64,000 bases of DNA from an uncultured bacterium (GTDB lineage: Bacteria; Actinomycetota; Thermoleophilia; Solirubrobacterales; 70-9). Positions 60,688 to 64,000 of the stretch are shown piece by piece. Made by a program: the position numbers and the translations under genes. The first letter of the stretch is position 1. Every line of letters starts with the position of its first letter. Location of the stretch: the NCBI GenBank assembly GCA_963786495.1, contig CAWAZL010000011.1, forward strand, positions 21,216 to 85,215. The letters are read 5' to 3'. Below the pieces are notes generated by a model that was given only the letters and a program-made list of their open reading frames with translations, was not told where the DNA came from and ran no database searches.

Positions 60688-61968
60688 GTGACAGCCCGGG
60701 CGGGCGTGACGGCGATTGCCATTGCGGCACTGGTGCTGACCTCCTCTCTCGCCTCGGCGGGCTCGAATCCGCAGACTGAGCGGGCAAGCGTGAGTTCGGA
60801 AGGAGCCGAGGCCGGCGCATCGAGCTCTCAACCCTCGCTGTCCTCGAATGGGCGCTACCTGGCATTCGTCTCGTCGGCGGACGATCTCGTCGCCGACGAC
60901 TCGAACGGCGCAGCGGACGTGTACGTCCGCAACCTGAAGCGCGGGAAGACGACCCGCGTCAGCGTCGGCCGGAAACGTGTTGAGGCGGACGGAGCGAGCT
61001 CCGAGCCGACGCTTTCCGCAAACGGGCGCTACGTGGCCTTCGTCTCCCACGCGACCAATCTCGCCAAGACGGACAAAAACGACCAGGGGGACGTCTTCGT
61101 CCGCGACCTCAAAAGGGGTAAGACGCAGCGCATCTCGCTAGGTAGGCGCGGTGCCGAGCCGAACTGCGGCTGCTTTCACCCGGTGATCTCCGGCAACGGC
61201 AAGTTCGTCGCGTTCTCATCGTTCGCGACCAATCTGGTTCGCCGAGACAGAAACGAAAGCGCCGATGTCTTCCTTCGCGACATCAAGAAGCGAAAGACGA
61301 CGCGGCTCTCCGTCGGGCCGAAGGGGACGGAAGCCAACGGCGACAGCTACCAGCCGTCGATCTCGGCCAGCGGCCGGTCCGTCGCCTTCGCCTCCGATGC
61401 GACCAATCTCGCGAAAGGCGACGACAACGGCCTGGCAGATGTCTACGTCCGTGAAGGGCGTCGGACCATTCGGATCAGCCGCGGCCTCGAAGGCAACGAG
61501 CCCGACGGCGACAGCTTGGCACCGGCGATCTCGGCGAAGGGGAAGGCCGTTGCGTTCTCGTCCTTTGCGGATAATCTCGTTGAGGACGACGGCAACGCGG
61601 TCGCCGACGTGTTCCTGAGCGATCTCAAAGGTGCCGCGAAGCGTGCCAGCGTCGCCTCTGCCGGAACGGAGGCCGACGACGAGAGCTTCGCCCCATCGCT
61701 CTCGGGCAACGGGAAGTCAATTGCCTTCTACTCCTACGCGACCAACCTCGTCGCCGCCGATGAGAACGAAGTTCGAGATGTCTTCGTTCACAGCGTGCGC
61801 GCGGCGACGACCGAACGCGTAAGCGTCAGCTCAAGCGGTGTCGAAGGCGATGCCGCGAGCTTTGCTCCCTCTATTTCAGGGAACGGGAGCGTTGTCGCGT
61901 TCAGCTCGTCCGCGAGCAACCTGGTGGACGACGACTTGAACGAAGTTCTCGACGTTTTCGTGCGCTAG
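60688..61968 (+). CDS. Secreted PD40/TolB-like beta-propeller protein (seven repeats)
   Basis: In-frame GTG 60688 with GGAGGG 6 nt upstream. Signal peptide VTARAGVTAIAIAALVLTSSLASA. Seven ~58-aa repeats of S.S.NGR.VAF.S.A.NLV..D.N...DVFVRD. Confidence 0.7.
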   Translation: MTARAGVTAIAIAALVLTSSLASAGSNPQTERASVSSEGAEAGASSSQPSLSSNGRYLAFVSSADDLVADDSNGAADVYVRNLKRGKTTRVSVGRKRVEADGASSEPTLSANGRYVAFVSHATNLAKTDKNDQGDVFVRDLKRGKTQRISLGRRGAEPNCGCFHPVISGNGKFVAFSSFATNLVRRDRNESADVFLRDIKKRKTTRLSVGPKGTEANGDSYQPSISASGRSVAFASDATNLAKGDDNGLADVYVREGRRTIRISRGLEGNEPDGDSLAPAISAKGKAVAFSSFADNLVEDDGNAVADVFLSDLKGAAKRASVASAGTEADDESFAPSLSGNGKSIAFYSYATNLVAADENEVRDVFVHSVRAATTERVSVSSSGVEGDAASFAPSISGNGSVVAFSSSASNLVDDDLNEVLDVFVR

Positions 61969-61972
61969 TACG

Positions 61973-62824
61973 TCATCGGTGGCCGGATCCGGCGACGAGC
62001 GCGGTCTCGATCTCGTCGGCTCTGACGACAGGCCCGTCGACACACAGGCGCATGTAGCTGCCGTCGCTCAGGGGGACCGCGCAGCCGAAGCAAGCGCCGT
62101 AGCCGCAGGCCATGGGCGCCTCCATCGCGAGTTCGGCCTGCGCGCCCCGCTCCGCGCAGATTGCGCGCACCGCCTCGAGCATCGCGGGAGGGCCGCACGC
62201 GTACACCGCCGCACCGGCTGCGTCGTCGCCCTTGAGCGCGACCTGGAGGAGGTCCGTGACATAGCCCTGGTGGCCGCGGTGCCCATCCTCGAACGCCAGC
62301 CCAACCTCCTGGCAGGCCCCGAAGAGCTCGAGGCCGCCCGAGTGGGCCTCGTCGCGAAAGCCGAGGAGCGTTCGCCCGGGGATGCCCTGCTGGGTGAGGT
62401 GCCGGCGCAGGATCGCGATCGGCGCGACGCCGATGCCACCGCCGACCATGATCGCGCCGGGAGCGCCGGGGTTGACCTCGTCCGGCTCGGCGAAGGGGCG
62501 GCCCAGCGGTCCGGTGATGGTCAGCTCAACCCCCGGTTCGAGCGCTGCCAGGATCGAGGTGCCCGGGCCGACGGCCTCGACGAGGAACTCCAGGCGGACG
62601 CCGTCAGCGGTCCGCTCGGCCGCGGCGACCGAGAAGGCGCGCGGCAGGAACGGGCGGCCGGCCGCAGAGCCCCAGCCGTCTGAGCGCAGCATGTAGAACT
62701 GCCCCGGAGCCGGGTCGGGACCGTCCGTATCAAGAGCCGTGAAGACGACGTAGCCCCCCGTCTCGCGGCGGGCCACCACGCTGGTGCTCCGGGCGCCGAA
62801 GGGGGCGAGGACTCGGGCGCTCAC
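61973..62824 (-). CDS. pyrK: Dihydroorotate dehydrogenase electron-transfer subunit (FAD/NAD-binding, 2Fe-2S)
   Basis: 283-aa ORF. RAFSV FAD motif, GGGIGVAP, and C-terminal Cys cluster MACGYGACFGCAV...C. ATGA overlap with carB. Confidence 0.9.
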   Translation of the reverse strand: MSARVLAPFGARSTSVVARRETGGYVVFTALDTDGPDPAPGQFYMLRSDGWGSAAGRPFLPRAFSVAAAERTADGVRLEFLVEAVGPGTSILAALEPGVELTITGPLGRPFAEPDEVNPGAPGAIMVGGGIGVAPIAILRRHLTQQGIPGRTLLGFRDEAHSGGLELFGACQEVGLAFEDGHRGHQGYVTDLLQVALKGDDAAGAAVYACGPPAMLEAVRAICAERGAQAELAMEAPMACGYGACFGCAVPLSDGSYMRLCVDGPVVRADEIETALVAGSGHR

Positions 62825-64000
62825 GAGACGCTGGGACCGCGCGCCTCGACGCCGTGGAGCTCCTGGAGGCTCTGCGGCTCGGCGCCGCGGGTCCTGACGG
62901 CGTGGATGGCCCTGGCGACCGCTGAGGCGCCAGTCATGGTGGTGATGCAGGGCACCCCGCCGCGCACCGCGGCGTTGCGGATCTCGTAGCCGTCAGATCG
63001 CGCGCCTGATCCGGTCGGCGTGTTGATGACAAGGTCGACGTCCTCGTCGCGGATGAAGTCGACAACGTGAGGTGAGCCCTCAGCGATCTTGTTGATTGCG
63101 CGCACCGGAATGCCCATACGGGAGATGGCCTGCGCGGTGCCGCGGGTGGCGATGATCTCGAAGCCGAGGTCGTGGAAGCGGGACGCGATCTGCGTCGCCG
63201 CCGCCTTGTCGTCGTCCGTGACGGTGATGAAGACCGAGCCGTCGAGTGGCAGCTCTACGCCGGCGGCCGCCTGAGCCTTCGCGAAAGCCGTCGGGAAGTC
63301 CCGGGCGACCCCCATGACCTCGCCAGTTGACTTCATCTCGGGCCCGAGCACCGCGTCCGCGCCGGCGAAGCGCGCGAACGGCAGGACCGCCTCCTTCACC
63401 GAAACGTGCCCGGTCGGAAGCTCGGCGATGTCCTGGTCGGCGAGCTTCTCGCCAAGCATCAGGCGGCACGCGACCTTCGCCAGGGGCGTGCCGATCGCCT
63501 TGGAGACGAAGGGGATGGTCCGCGAGGCGCGTGGGTTGGCCTCGATCACGTAAAGCTCGCCGCGGGCGACGGCGTACTGGATGTTGATCAGGCCGATCAC
63601 GCCGAGTTCCAGCGCGATGCGGGTCGTGGTCTCGCGGATCTGGTCGAGCATTTCCTCGCCCAGGCTCATCGGCGGCAGGACGCAGGCCGAATCGCCCGAG
63701 TGGACCCCGGCCTCTTCGACGTGCTGCATGATCCCGGCAACCGAGACCTCGTCGCCGTCGCAAAGCGCGTCCACGTCAACCTCGATCGCGTCTTCGAGAA
63801 AGCGATCGAGGAGCAGTGGATGCTTCGGGTCGGCCTTGACGTTCTCCTCGAGGTACGCGTTCAATCCGTCCTTCGAGTAACAGATCTCCATCGCCCTGCC
63901 GCCAAGGACGTAGGACGGGCGCACCAGGAGCGGGAAGCCGACGTCCTCTGCGACGACCTGCGCCTCCTCGGCCGAAAAGGCGGTGCCGTAAGCCGGGTGG
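62821..64000 (-). CDS. carB: Carbamoyl-phosphate synthase large subunit, C-terminal part (gene continues past the right edge)
   Basis: ATP-grasp tail (RPSYVLGGRAMEI, NIQYAV..GELYVIEANPRASRT) and MGS-like allosteric domain (GSVFITVTDDDK...). The frame is open to position 64000. Confidence 0.9.
   Translation of the reverse strand, partial: HPAYGTAFSAEEAQVVAEDVGFPLLVRPSYVLGGRAMEICYSKDGLNAYLEENVKADPKHPLLLDRFLEDAIEVDVDALCDGDEVSVAGIMQHVEEAGVHSGDSACVLPPMSLGEEMLDQIRETTTRIALELGVIGLINIQYAVARGELYVIEANPRASRTIPFVSKAIGTPLAKVACRLMLGEKLADQDIAELPTGHVSVKEAVLPFARFAGADAVLGPEMKSTGEVMGVARDFPTAFAKAQAAAGVELPLDGSVFITVTDDDKAAATQIASRFHDLGFEIIATRGTAQAISRMGIPVRAINKIAEGSPHVVDFIRDEDVDLVINTPTGSGARSDGYEIRNAAVRGGVPCITTMTGASAVARAIHAVRTRGAEPQSLQELHGVEARGPSVS

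Overview
High-GC, strongly GC3-biased bacterial chromosome segment with an Actinomycetota-type core gene set: mIHF, RNase J, cinA-thpR-recA-recX, rimP-nusA-infB-rbfA-truB-ribF-rpsO, pnp, dapA/dapB/dapF plus a DapL-type aminotransferase, coaBC-rpoZ-gmk, and carB-pyrK ... pyrD. RNase Y and a class 1B DHODH hint at a deep-branching lineage, but that is inference only. I count roughly 60 genes, mostly on the minus strand, and many are joined by overlapping stop/start codons (TGATG, ATGA, GTGA). I saw no rRNA, tRNA, CRISPR array, transposase or integrase. Two things stand out. (1) A ~13.2 kb non-pyrimidine insert (48776-61968) separates pyrK from pyrD. It carries an FHA-HTH regulator, two tandem Ser/Thr kinases sharing an ectodomain I cannot place, a tatA, two translationally coupled giant ORFs (about 1100 and 1400 codons) that I cannot assign to any family, and a seven-repeat PD40 propeller. 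The first giant ORF has a twin-arginine signal. This is my best candidate for an undescribed system. (2) More than 25 reading-frame lesions, mostly 1-nt indels plus one in-frame TAG, hit conserved and essential genes (infB, nusA, rimP, truB, rbfA, rny and others), in clusters. I read these as consensus/assembly errors rather than true pseudogenes. Coordinates for those genes are reconstructed across frames and are approximate. All family calls come from motif recognition by eye; no database search was run.
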